DNA of 64,000 nt, taken from Macrostomum lignano. Lineage: Eukaryota. Numbering within the stretch: the first letter of the stretch is position 1; the number at the start of each line of letters is the position of its first letter. A program made the translations under genes and the position numbers. The stretch spans positions 1 through 64,000 of the forward strand of contig NIVC01000917.1 of assembly GCA_002269645.1 (NCBI GenBank), read 5' to 3'. The notes beneath the pieces were generated by a model that worked only from the letters and a program-made list of their open reading frames with translations, made no database searches and was not told the origin of the DNA. Below, piece after piece: positions 1-12,399 of the stretch.

Positions 1-386
1 ACGTCTGAAGAAAAGTATGGCCGCTGCATATATATGATAATATAGTGCCATTTTGTTAATCTCATGAGTTGAAACTTTTTGAATTTTTCGTTGCTGTGAT
101 GCAAGACTACAAGTAGGCCAGTTCTAATGTCGCCGCGTTTTTAAAGTTTTAACGAATCTGCAAACAATAACAAAAAGTAGTGGCAGATTAATTAATATAA
201 GTATTCCGAGATGTTTAAAGCAAGAATAAATATAAATACAAGTTTTTATTTATTTAATTTACCTTAATACTTCAAATTCAAAAGCTGTTGCTACCTACTA
301 CAATGCATATTTTATTTTTGGTTATTGTTACCTTTTTTCACAGGTTATAAAGTTTTACTCAAATCGCAGGGAGATTTCCAAAGTAT

Positions 387-560
387 CAGGGGCGTAGCCA
401 AGGGGGGTCATGGGGGTCATGACCCCCGCCAGCCGGCTGATCCAGGCCAAATTTTCAGGCCCCTCCCCGTCGCAGAGGCCCTAGCACCCCCTGCCCCGTT
501 GCCGCTGTGAGCCTGTGACTGACTGTGACCCCCCAGAAGGAAATCCTGGCTACGCCACTG
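387..560. mobile_element. hAT-type MITE, 174 bp
   Basis: TIRs CAGGGGCGTAGCCA...TGGCTACGCCACTG; perfect 8-bp TSD CAAAGTAT at 379-386 and 561-568. Confidence 0.9.
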
Positions 561-1476
561 CAAAGTATCAAATTTAGACAGGGTATACAGAAGGCATTCT
601 TGACAGTTTCAACCTTTTTAACTTCACAATAGTAATATTTTTTAAATGAGGGAGGCATTGGACTTTAGAAACAGAAAAATGGCTTCATATTTGAGTTTGC
701 ATTTCCTATAATATGCTATAATATTCTCCTTTATATTTTTCTTACTGATGTACAATATAATACCATTCTGATATTTACTATTAATAGTCAAATAAAGGGG
801 CATATTCTTAAAATTCTATACATGGCATCACTAATAAAGCCTTAAAATTAAAATGCATACCTTACTTGAAATTTTGTGAAGAAAATTATCATTTTCTTGT
901 GCATGTGCAGCACAACTTATGCTCTTGTCAATTTATAAAATTATTCAATGCCCATGCATGTATTAAACTCAAGAATAAAATGTTTTTGTGAGTTGAATAT
1001 ACTATGCTCGGTAACAACAATATATTTATTTTCTGAGATATTCCAATTTTAATTTCATTGAGAGTTTTTCATTGAGCTGCAATACTTTTGAAATAAAGCA
1101 AAGTCCTGTCTGCATATTGAGATGCTTAGAAATTGGAGTCTTAAAAAATAAATATATAGTAGCGGTGACTCTGTTTCAGTTGCCAGAAATTTTAAACAAT
1201 TGTAATCTAGTTTTGTTTTATGAATAAAATGAAGTGTTATACTTACGTCAAATTAGATGTTATAAAATAATTTGTATTTTTATGACTTTAGTTTTATAAT
1301 TTAAAGCAGATTTCAACTATACTTACTGACTAAAATATTCGAGAAGACGATTTGATCTGCGCCATAAATTATTCATGTGATGCTTCTGATTTTGCATGCG
1401 GCCATATACCTTCAAAATTTAAGCTAGATAAGTATTTTCCAAAGCGCGCCAAAAACTCGCGTAGCCAACGCAGGCA

Positions 1477-1766
1477 ATGTACGACAGGGCGCGCAGGGAC
1501 TTCAGCTTCCAGGGCAACGCGGTCACCGACATCCATGTCGGCCCGGGTGCCTACGACACCGACAAGCCGGCACGGACCAAGATTCGAGCTGACGGCTACG
1601 CACCATTCAACTCGTTGAGCACTAGGGACAACTTCCTCACACCGAACGATGCCATCGTGGCGGCGCCAGGGCCCGGGCAGTACAATGTGCTGTCGGGCTC
1701 CGGCCAGTCGGCTGTGGTTGGCGGAAGCTCGCTGGCTAATCGGAGCCTTCGATTTGTGGAGCGCAG
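1477..1766 (+). CDS. STPG2: STPG2-like exon 1
   Basis: ATG at 1477; MYDRARR...PGPGQYNV...LRFVE; donor CAG|GTTTGA, phase 2. Confidence 0.9.
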
Positions 1767-1991
1767 GTTTGATTTGAATTTCAAATGATTTCGCTAAAAT
1801 GGTGTTAATGAGGTGTTGGAGCTTGCATTCAAAATTGGTAGGTTGATTTATAGATAGATTGTTAGATTGATTGATTGATTGATTGATTGATTAATTAATT
1901 GGTTGATTGATTGATTGATTGATTAATTAATTGGTTGATTGATTGATGGATTGATTAATTAATTAATTGGTTGATTGATTGATTGATTGAT

Positions 1992-2027
<36 letters not shown>

Positions 2028-5000
2028 AATTAATTGATTGATTACTTGATTAAATGATTGATTAATTGATTGGATGACTGACTGACTGATTGAATAATTG
2101 ATTAATTAATTATTTGACTGATTGATTTATTAACTGATTGACTGATTGTTTAATTGACTGATTATCTGATTGATTTGATTGACTGATTGATTGATTACTT
2201 GACTGATTGATTTATGATTTATTTACTATTGATTAATTGACTGATTGACTGATTGATTGATTGATTTTACATGTCTATTGATTAGCTATTGATTAGGCCA
2301 CAAAAAACCTTATATTTTTACTATCAGTAGTTCAATTCAATCCGTTTTGAATTTTGTATTTACTTACCCAGAGAGGTGGCCCCCGGCCCGGCTGACTACA
2401 CAGTGCAGGTGGCGGCCATCAAGGTGGCTCCGCCATCTGACGCATCAGCAGCTCAGCATCAGCAGCGCGGCAGCCGAGTCCGATTCAAGAGAGTTGATGA
2501 CGCGCCCAGCATCCCGTTCCCCGGGCAGGCCTACGGCTTCGAGGAGAACGAGCACGGCCTGCTAGTAAAACAGCCGGCGCCAGACCGGGACACCTCGCTG
2601 GGCCCAGCGTTCTACCGAGTGTCCGGCGGAGCTGGCTCAGAGGGCGGCTACAAGGGCTGCCACTGGTTGGTGCAGCTTCAACTGCGATATTATTATTGCT
2701 TTTCTAGGCAGCTAGAATTAGAAATCCTGCAGCAGCTGTAGCAACTGGAAACCAATCCTATCAATGGAAACCCATCCTATCAGTTGGAAACCAATCCTAT
2801 CAACTGGAAACCCATCCTATCAGTTGGAAACCAATCTTATCAACTGGAAACCCATCCTATCAGTTGGAAACCAATCCTATCAACAGGAAACCAATCCTAT
2901 CAGTTGGAAACCCATCATATCAACTGGAAACCAATCCTATCAACAGGAAACCAATCCTATCAGTTGGAAACCCATCATATCAACAGGAAACCAATCCTAT
3001 CAACTGGAAACCAATCCTATCAATGGAAACCAATCCTATCAATGAAAACCAATCCTATCAATGGAAACCAATCCTATCAACAGGAAACCAATCCTATCAA
3101 CTGGAAACCAATCCTATCAATGGAAACCAATCCTATCAATGGAAACCAATCCTATCAACTGGAAACCAATCCTATCAATGGAAACCAATCCTATCAATGG
3201 AAACCAATCCTATCAATGGAAACCAATCCTATCAATGGAAACCAATCCTATCAATGGAAACCAATCCTATCAATGGAAACCAATCCTATCAATGGAAACC
3301 AATCCTATCAATGGAAACCAATCCTATCAACTGGAAACCAATCCTATCAATGGAAACCAATCCTATCAACTGGAAACCAATCCTATCAACTGGAAACCAA
3401 TCCTATCAACTGGAAACCAATCCTATCAACTGGAAACCAATCCTATCAACTGGAAACCAATCCTATCAACTGGAAACCCATCCTATCAACTGGAAACCCA
3501 TCCTATCAACTGGAAACCAATCCTATCAATGGAAACCAATCCTATCAATGGAAACCAATCCTATCAATGGAAACCAATCCTATCAATGGAAACCAATACT
3601 ATCAATGGAAACCAATCCTATCAACTGGAAACCAATCTTATCAATGGAAGCCAACCCTATCAGTTGGAAGCCAATCCTATCAACTGGAAGCCAATCCTAG
3701 CAACCAGAAACCTGTCCTGGTCCCCACCCCAGCACCCAGTAAACCCAGCTCTCCCAAACCCGCTGCTCAGGTCAAAATCGCGCGCCAGACGGGCTGACTT
3801 CACATCTGGCGCCAGCGCCGCGGGGCCGGGCCCTGGCGACTACGACATCGGTGGCGAGACGCAGCGCGCCCATGTGGTGCACATGAACGTGCGCGACGGT
3901 AAGCCGCCTGCCGAGCTGCGGGTGCCGCGCTACAACGAGATGCTGGAGCGTCAGGCGGCCAGGAACCCGGTGCCCGGACCCGGCGCTTACGGAGTCCGCG
4001 GCCACTTCGATGAGGTCAGCTGAATATCTTCTCTGACGCTCCGTCTCTTCTCCTGACTCTCAATCCCTTGCTCCCGACTCTCAGTCTATCTTGACTCTCG
4101 GTCTCTCCTTCTGACTCTCAGTCTCTCCTCCTGACTGTCTCGGTCTCTCCTTCTGACTCTCAGTCTCTCCTCCTGACTCTCGGTCTCTCCTCCTGACTGT
4201 CTCGGTCTCTCCTTCTGACTCTCAGTCTCTCTTGACTCTCAGTCTCTCCTCCTGACTCTCGGTTTCTCCTCCTGACTCTCTCGGTCTCTCCTCTGACTCT
4301 CGGTCTCTTCTCCTGACTCTCGGCCTCTCCTCTGACTCTCGGTCTCTCCTCCTGACTCTCAGTCTCTCCTCTGACTCTCGGTGTTTTCTCCTGACTCTCA
4401 GTCTCTCTCTCGGTGTTTTCTCCTCACTCTCGGTCTCTCCTCTGACTCTCTCGGTCTCTCCTCCTGACTCTCGGTCTCTCCTCCTGACTCTCGGTCTCTC
4501 CTCTGACTCTCGGTGTTTTCTCCTGACTCTCAGTCTCTCTCTCGGTGTTTTCCCCTGACTTTCGGTCTCTCCTCCTGACTCTCTCGGTCTCTCATCCTGA
4601 CTCTCTGGGTCTCTCCTCCTGACTCTCTCGGTCTCTCATCCTGACTCTCTCGGTCTCTCCTCCTGACTCTCTCGGTCTCTCATCCTGACTCTCTTGGTCT
4701 CTCCTCCTGACTCTCGGTGTTTTCTCCTGACTCTCGGTCTCTCCTCCTGACTCTCGGTCTCTCGTCCTGACTCTCTCGGTCTCTCCTCTTGACTCTCGGT
4801 GTTTTCTCCTGACTCTCGGTGTTTTCTCCTGACTCTCGGTCTCTCCTCCTGACTCTCTCAGTCTCTCCTCCTGACTCTCTCGGTCTCTCCTCCTGACTCT
4901 CGGTCTCTCCTCTGACTCTCGGTGTTTTCTCCTGACTCTCAGTCTCTCTCTCGGTGTTTTCTCCTCACTCTCGGTCTCTCCTCCTGACTCTCGGTTTCTC

Positions 5001-8000
5001 CTGACTCTCTCGGTCTCTCGTCCTGACTCTCGGTCTCGTCCCGACTCTTAGTCTCTTCTACCGACTCTGAATCTCACCCTCAACCCATCCCGCTCTCATC
5101 TCCTCCAGGTTGGCGCGTTGTCAGAGGCAGCCGTTGCCAATGGCGATTCGGCTGAACGGCCCCCGTTCGGCGTTCAAAGCCGCAGATTCGGCTCGGCCAA
5201 GGAGGCCACGCCGGGCCCGGGCGCCTACTCGGATCCGCGTACAGCGCTGACGGCGCTGAAACGGGGCGCCGGCGCTCATCTAAAAAAGAGCCCATTCGGC
5301 AACACGGCGATTCGATTTCAGGACGACTCCGGAGTTCGCCTGATGCCGGGCCCGGGCGCGTACACCGTCAACTCTGGAATGCTGGCAGCGGATTCAATGA
5401 AGAAGGTGTTCTTGGGCGCCTCGCAGAAGGGCGCCTTCGGCAGCACCGCCGTGCGAATGCAGCCGTTCGTGCGCAAGACGGAGGCAGACCGGCCCGGCCC
5501 CGCCAGCTACGAAGTTCGTGACCGGCCGAATTTCCAGTCAAAGTACAACCAGCCGCGGTCGAGCATGTTTGCCAGCCTCACTAATAGGGATTTTGATCCC
5601 GTTCTGGCTGAGAAGGTGAGTGTCTTAGAAAATCCAGTGAGACTTGAATGTAATAATTAAACACTATATGAGGATTTTTAAAATTTATAGCCAAAATAGC
5701 GAGGAGACAATCAAATCTCACTCCGCATGGATTTGAGACAATCAAATCTCACTCCGCATGGATTTGAGACAATCAAAATCTCACTCCACATGGATTTGAG
5801 ACAATCAAATCTCACTCCACATGGATTTGAGACAATAAAAATCTCACTCCACACGGATTTGAGACAATCAAATCTCAATCCACATGGATTCGAGACAATC
5901 AAATCTCACTATACATGGATTTGAGACAATCAAATCTCACTCCACATGAACTTGAGACAATCAAATTTTACTCTGTATGGATTTGAGACAATCATATTTC
6001 TATCCACATTGATTTGAGACAATAAAAATCTCACAGCACATGGACTTGAGACAATCAAATCTCAATCCACATGGATTTGAGACAATCAAATCTCAATCCA
6101 CATGGATTTGAGACAATCAAATTTTACTCTGTATGGATTTGAGACAATCATATTTCTATCCACATTGATTTGAGACAATAAAAATCTCACAGCACATGGA
6201 CTTGAGACAATCAAATCTCAATCCACATGGATTTGAGACAATCAAATCTCATCCACATGGAGACAATCAAAATCTCACTCCACATGGATTTGAGACAATC
6301 AAATTCTATCCACATGGATTTGAGACAATCAAATCTCAATCCATATGGATTTGAGACAATCAAATCTCAATCCACATGGATTTGAGACAATCAAATCTCA
6401 ATCCACATGGATTCGAGACAATCAAATCTCACTCCACATGGATTTGAGACAATCAAATCTCACTCCACATGGATTTGAGACAATCAAATCTCAATACATG
6501 GATTTGAGACAATCAAATCTCACTCCACATGGAGACAATGGATTTGAGACAATCAAATTCATCCACATGGATTTGAGACAATCAAATCTCAATCCCAATC
6601 ATGGATTTGAGACAATCAAATCTCAATCAATCACATGGATTTGAGACAATCAAATCTCAATCCGGAGGATGAGACAAAATTGCAATCAAATCTCAATCCA
6701 CATGGATTTGGCAATGGGTGGATTTCAATTCTCGGATGAACAATGGTTTTGAGACAATCAAATGGATTTGAGAGATTTGAGACAATCAAATCTCAATCCA
6801 CATGGATTCGAGACAATCAAATCGGAAGAGAATCAAAATCTCATTCGGTGCCGGAGATTTCGCACAAAATCTTAGTCCAGTCTTAGTCCATCACGGATTC
6901 CGTGAAAATGGTTTCTGGAAAATTGTTTTTTATATTTTTTCTTATTTATTCAATCAAGGAGAAATTTTCCAGGAAATCAGGACATCACCAATAGAAACTG
7001 AAAAAAATAACTTTTAGATTCTCGGATCAACTTTATAATCTCTTTCGAATTCAGCCGGCCAAATTAAATTGATCGGAGACTGGAACGCGACCTCATCTTT
7101 CGCCTCGAAAGCGGAAACGCCCGGCCAGCCAGTCAAAGATGTTTATCAATTGATTGAATGCAGTTTTTGTTATCCCAATCCGATTCGTATCCTGGGATTT
7201 TAATTGACATTTCCTGCTCAATAGGGGAGCTGTAGGATTCTTCCTGTCTATCTTGCCATGCTCAAGTGCAACCGCGGGCCCCCTCCTGTTGATGCTGAGC
7301 AGAATAGTATCTATCCGTTTCCATCGGAACTTTTCAGATGCATTTTTTCTAGACTATCCTGGTAAATTTCTAGTTGGTACTTATTTAGCAAAAAATCTTG
7401 CCTAAATGCACTACTTTGGATCTCTATTATTCTAACTAACAACTGCAAAAACGTATTTGCGTTCTGTTTATTATAACAAATTGATAAATCTATTGGGTAC
7501 TCGGTGGTGACGTTATCTATTTGTACTTAGTTTATATTGAGCTCGGAGGAATGCATACCGGTACTGACTCACTAATCCACCTCACTACCCCTCACTACAC
7601 AGCCACCTCACTCCCTGTCTCTCTACACAACTCACTGAACAGCCACCTCACTCCCTACCTCTCTGCACCCCTCACTGCACAGCCACCTCACTCCCTGTCT
7701 TCAACCCCTCACTGCACCCACCTCACTCCCTGCCCCCTTCAACTCTCACTGCACAGCCACCTCACTCCCTGTCCCCCTTCAACCCCTCACTGCACAGCCA
7801 CCTCACTCCCTGTTCCCCTTCAACTCTCACTGCACAGCCACCTCACTCCCTGTCCCCCTTCAACCCCTCACTGCACAGCCACCTCACTCCCTGTCCCCCT
7901 TCAACCCCTCACTGCACAGCCACCTCACTCCGTCTCTCTGCACCCCTCACTGCACAGCCATCTCACTCCCTATCCCCCTTCAACCCCTCACTGCACAGCC

Positions 8001-9733
8001 ACACCTCACTCCGTCTCTCTGCACCCCTCACTGCACACCCACCTCACTCAACCCCTCACTGCACATCACTTAACGCACAGTCACTCACGCATCACTATGG
8101 TAAACACTGTCAATCACTGTACAATCTTACGCAAGTGGAATACAGTCAGCTGACAAGCGACCCAATACATTCTCTATCCCGAACAATCTTCCGCGCAGTC
8201 CGAGCAGCCGCACCCGGCATGTACGACGTCGACCGGGCCTTCCACAAGCTGCACGATCGTCAGCAAGGCTACGGGCCGCGCAACGAAGCGGCCAAGAAGC
8301 GGCAGAGTTTCTACACCTCTAGCGACAGATTCGCTGGCAAAACGACTGGCGGCTTCGGCGGAGACCCCGACATGCCGGGTGGGTTGCTACGCTAATTTCA
8401 AAAACTGCCGGAGAGGAGCAGTTGAGAGCAGTTTGGAGCAGTGAGGTGTCAATCAGTGGGAGCGAGAGTCTTGGGTGTTTGCTTTGCTGATCAGTAATGA
8501 GTATGCATTGAGAACTGCATATGATTGACACTTGATGATTGCTTTATAGGCAATGTGGCATAACATTTGATTGAACATGTGTTTTTTTGATCCCTCGATT
8601 TGATTGACAGATCGCATAAAAAATTTATGTTCCAACCCGAAGTGACGATGCATGGAAATAGATTTTCGATAATTATTGGCCTACTGTGAGCAAACAAATG
8701 CAAGCTCGAATTTTAGCTCGATAAAAATCCTAACTAAAGGAATAGTTGTCACTGAGTTATGATAATAAAGGCAAAACTAAACCGGAAGTGAATATAGTGA
8801 AGTCAAAACTAAACCGTAAATAAAGAGAGTGACGTCAAAACTAAACCGGAAGTGAAGATAGTGACGTCAAAACTAAACCGGAAGTGAAGATAGTGACGTC
8901 AAAACTAAACCGGAAGTGAAGATAGTGACTTCAAAACTAAACCGGAAGTGAAGATAGAGGAGCCAAAATTAGACCGAAAGTAAGATATTTATTGCAGAAA
9001 AAACTAAACTGGAACCGAAGTACCCGATTTGCAACATACCGGAAGTGACAAATTAATCTCCAACCAGCCAACCGCCCCCCCCCCGCAGGCCCGGCCAGCT
9101 ACAATGTCGCCGCCGGCATAGACAGGCGCGGCGCTGCGCCGCTTAGAGAGGGCCGCTTCCTCGACAAGAAAGACGACGCCCCAGCGCCGAATCACTATCA
9201 CGTGAGCAATGCGAAATCCTCCCAAAAATGCTAATTGAAACTGACAGCTAGAATCGGGGGGGGGGGTCTGACAGCATAAGCAGGGACTTTGCCCTCTCGT
9301 GTTTCTAATATTGTGTGTGCGTGTGCTGGCTGCAATCCTTCCAATATTGAATTAATAGCTTAACTTCTGAAGGGCCCCACAGACGTCTTGATAAAGGTCG
9401 TTGGTTCGAGTCCCGTTCCGACCAGAAATATTTTATTCATGATTTGCAAATTATGATATCTCTGGAGTCCTTTCACAAAAAATAGCGTTAACTTTCCAAA
9501 GAAGCCGAGTTACTTAAGTCAGCCATTGGTTCAGACTTGAATTAAACCCTATATATAATTGCGCTTTACAATACAATTTACGCAACATATCGGCAAATTA
9601 ACAGATCTCGCCAGCCGTTGAGAGTTCGGTACTGAGATCGACTCACAATACGACGCTGGGCAATCCGGTTAAGCTGCTGGCCAAGGACACCGCGCCGCAG
9701 ACCGCCACAAATTCTTACATAATCCGGGCTTGA
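1477..9733 (+). CDS. STPG2: Sperm-tail PG-rich repeat-containing protein 2-like (whole gene; join 1477-1766,2372-2665,3771-4014,5109-5615,8199-8378,9089-9201,9605-9733)
   Basis: N-terminus MYDRARRDFSFQGNAVTDIHVGPGAYD resembles vertebrate STPG2 (MYDRAPR...HVGPGTY) as recalled, not from a search. Repeated PGPG(A/D/Q)Y SHIPPO motifs, PSIP..G.AYG segment and C-terminal LRSTHNTTL are present. All introns are GT-AG with matching phases except the exon 4/5 junction. Exon sum is 1757 nt, one base short of 586 codons. Confidence 0.9.
1845..2295. repeat. Degenerate (GATT)n microsatellite, STPG2 intron 1
   Basis: Direct inspection. Confidence 0.9.
2372..2665 (+). CDS. STPG2: STPG2-like exon 2
   Basis: Acceptor cccag| restores R-EVAPGPADY; ends YKGCH(W); donor TG|GTTGGT, phase 2. 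Confidence 0.88.
2742..3700. repeat. 19-20-bp minisatellite aactggaaaccaatcctatc, STPG2 intron 2
   Basis: Direct inspection; source of the METNPIN ORFs. Confidence 0.95.
3771..4014 (+). CDS. STPG2: STPG2-like exon 3
   Basis: Acceptor ctcag|G completes TGG; SKSRARR...GPGPGDYD...PVPGPGAYGV...DE; donor GAG|GTCAGC, phase 0. Confidence 0.88.
4030..5070. repeat. CT-rich minisatellite (ctcggtctctcctcctgact) filling STPG2 intron 3
   Basis: Direct inspection. Confidence 0.95.
5109..5615 (+). CDS. STPG2: STPG2-like exon 4
   Basis: Acceptor ctccag|; VGALSEA...TPGPGAY...MPGPGAY...PGPASY...LAEK; donor AAG|GTGAGT, phase 0. Confidence 0.9.
5710..6812. repeat. ~31-bp minisatellite catggatttgagacaatcaaatctcactcca
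   Basis: Direct inspection; internal palindrome GATTTGA-N5-TCAAATC. Confidence 0.95.
7575..8065. repeat. ~41-bp C-rich minisatellite
   Basis: cagccacctcactccctgtcccccttcaacccctcactgca units. Confidence 0.9.
8199..8378 (+). CDS. STPG2: STPG2-like exon 5 (frame discrepancy at 5' end)
   Basis: Acceptor cgcag|; PGMYDVDRAF...SFYTSSDRF...DPDMP(G); donor G|GTGGGT, phase 1. Needs +1 nt near 8215-8218 to join the phase-0 exon 4. Confidence 0.8.
8772..8960. repeat. 32-bp minisatellite aaaactaaaccggaagtgaagatagtgacgtc
   Basis: About 5-6 units in STPG2 intron 5. Confidence 0.9.
9089..9201 (+). CDS. STPG2: STPG2-like exon 6
   Basis: Acceptor ccgcag|; GPASYNV...RF...APAPNHYH; donor CAC|GTGAGC, phase 0. 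Confidence 0.88.
9605..9733 (+). CDS. STPG2: STPG2-like exon 7 (terminal)
   Basis: Acceptor aacag|; ISPAVESSVLRSTHNTTLGNPV...IIRA then TGA at 9731-9733. Confidence 0.8.
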   Translation: MSPAVESSVLRSTHNTTLGNPVKLLAKDTAPQTATNSYIIRA

Positions 9734-10447
9734 TGAATAGTGGAGAATCGAAAGCTGAACATTTTGAATTTTCATGATAAACAAAAATTAACAAATCACA
9801 ACGCACAACAAAAACTTGAATTAACCCATGACATTTTTCTTCAATTAAAAGTCCTTTTATTTTTCTGCGCTTCGCTGGATGTCCGTAATTTAAAAAAGCC
9901 GCTACGAGCTAAAAAGGACGAGAATATTTTTAGTAGTCCATGACGTAATTTTGTTCAAATCGTCGCGGAAATAATAGTAACTTGGATTAAATTCACGCCA
10001 GATTTTTTTTGAATTCACAGAATTTTTTCGCCCGCGCACAAAAGGCTTTTTGAACAGAAATTCTGGCGTGTGTTTTTGTTTTAATAACTTGCTGCGTTTT
10101 TACAGGCTTTGTTTTCATGACAATAAATGATTATTACAAGACCGGGCAAACTGCTGTCTTGCTAGCCGGAAAAGAATATTTGTTAGAGTTTATTTCTGCT
10201 TTCAATATTCAACACATTGACTTGGAGACTTCCTTTTTTTACCTATTACCATTCGCCACCAGAACTGCAAAGTTAAGCAAAGTTGGCCACGGTTAGTTAC
10301 GCAGTTAGTGCCTGATTTATTGTTTTGAGTCAGTCGTCAAGACAGTCACATTGAGATTGAGTGCAAATTGAACTCACCCTTGCACTTGTGACTCGTGCTG
10401 TACATGTGAGCATGTGTGTATATATGTGTAAAATATGTGCACACCTT

Positions 10448-11085
10448 CAGGGGCGCCGCCACCGGGGGGGACAGGGGGGGGACATGTCCCCCCAGTAAAA
10501 ACTATGGGGAGGACATGCCAATGCTTTGTCCCCCCACCAACCTTGTGACCCGTTATGAAAATCATTAATTTTGCTTCAGGGAGACAAAACATAGCGCCTG
10601 CGGTGCCAAAATGAGTGCCTGCGGTGCCAAAATGAGTGCCTGCGGCGCCAAATTGAGTGCCTGTGGCGTCAAAATGAGTGCCTGTGGTGCCAAAATGAGT
10701 GCCTGCGGTGCCAAAATGAGTGCCTGCGGTGCCAAAATGAGTGCCTGCGGTGCCAAAATGAGTTCCTGCGGTGCCAAAATGAGTGCCTGCGGTGCCAAAA
10801 TGAGTGCCTGCGGTGCCAAAATGAGTGCCTGCGGCGTCAAAATGAGTGCCTGCGGTGCCAAAATGAGTGCCTGCGGTGCCAAAATGAGTGTTTTCGGCAC
10901 CAAAATGAGTGCCTGCGGTGCCAAAATAAGTGCCTGCGGCGCGAAAATGACTGCCTGCGGCGCCAAAATGAGTGCCTGCGGCGCTAAAATGAGTGCCTGC
11001 GGCGCCAAAATGACTGCCTGCGGTGCCAAAATGACTGCCTGCGGTGCCAAAATGAGTGCCTGCGGTGACGAAAGGATTACCTGCG
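10448..11085 (+). mobile_element. hAT-like non-autonomous element (left end) carrying a 21-bp array (gcctgcggtgccaaaatgagt)
   Basis: Starts CAGGGGCGCCGCC like the MITE at 387; array about 10593-11085; no right end or TSD found. Confidence 0.6.
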
Positions 11086-11889
11086 GGTGACACCTGTACA
11101 AGCACACCTGACGCTCAAGCTGTACAAGATAATCTATTATGTTAACAAGATTATTGGCTCATCCGTACAAGATGATCTATTCATCTGTACAAGATGCTAT
11201 ATTATCTGTACAAGCTCATAGATGTTTATTTTCAGTTTGAATCAACTGCAAAGAGAGACTTCGACAGTGGCAAAAATTTGAATTAACTCCACAAGAAGTC
11301 TTGCCTTCACCACGGGCTAAAAATGACGTCTTCATGTACTGCACTAAGCCTATGAGAATGCGCAGAAAAGCTACTTTATTGATTTCCAATTCACTTGGTG
11401 CATAATGATGACCATGATGGTTATGATTATTATTTGGAATTATTTCGAGTGGACTCCAGCACAAAAAAAAGATGGGAAACTTCATCTGAGCTGCATTTTT
11501 GCTGGGGAGGGCGGCCACTTGACTTGAGGACGCGGGGAGCTTAACCCAGTCTGACTTCTCTAGACAGCCTCTGCCGAATCTGTTTGCGGCCCGAACATGA
11601 AGCTCGTTAAAGACTATTTTTTCCCCTGCTCACAAGGAGGAAAAGGGAGGAAAGAGTGAGGAAAATGAGGGCGCGCAGGGGGGAACCCGGGACCGTCATT
11701 AACTGCCGCCCTGTCCTCTCCTTTTCTTCTCTTCAAGTCTCTTTCTATTCAATTTCTTGTGTCTCCAGTCTGCACCGTGTTCTGCAGCATGTTGCTCAAC
11801 ATAGGAAAGGCTTGGGGCTTCTCTGGGCACTGCTAGTAATGATGATGACAGCTGGACTGACGGCATTGATGACGGCTGTGAAATAAAGA

Positions 11890-12399
<510 letters not shown>

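Noticed and set aside
2764-3797. METNPIN-repeat proteins
   Set aside because: They lie in STPG2 intron 2, whose splice phases fit perfectly without them.
5710-6812. CRISPR-like array (palindromic ~31-bp repeats)
   Set aside because: Units are head-to-tail with no unique spacers, there are no cas genes, and the array is in a eukaryotic intron.
10374-11107. MSACGAK/AGTHF heptad-repeat ORFs (also at 20.1-20.9 kb)
   Set aside because: The 21-bp transposon-internal array is open in several frames, with no splice or domain support.
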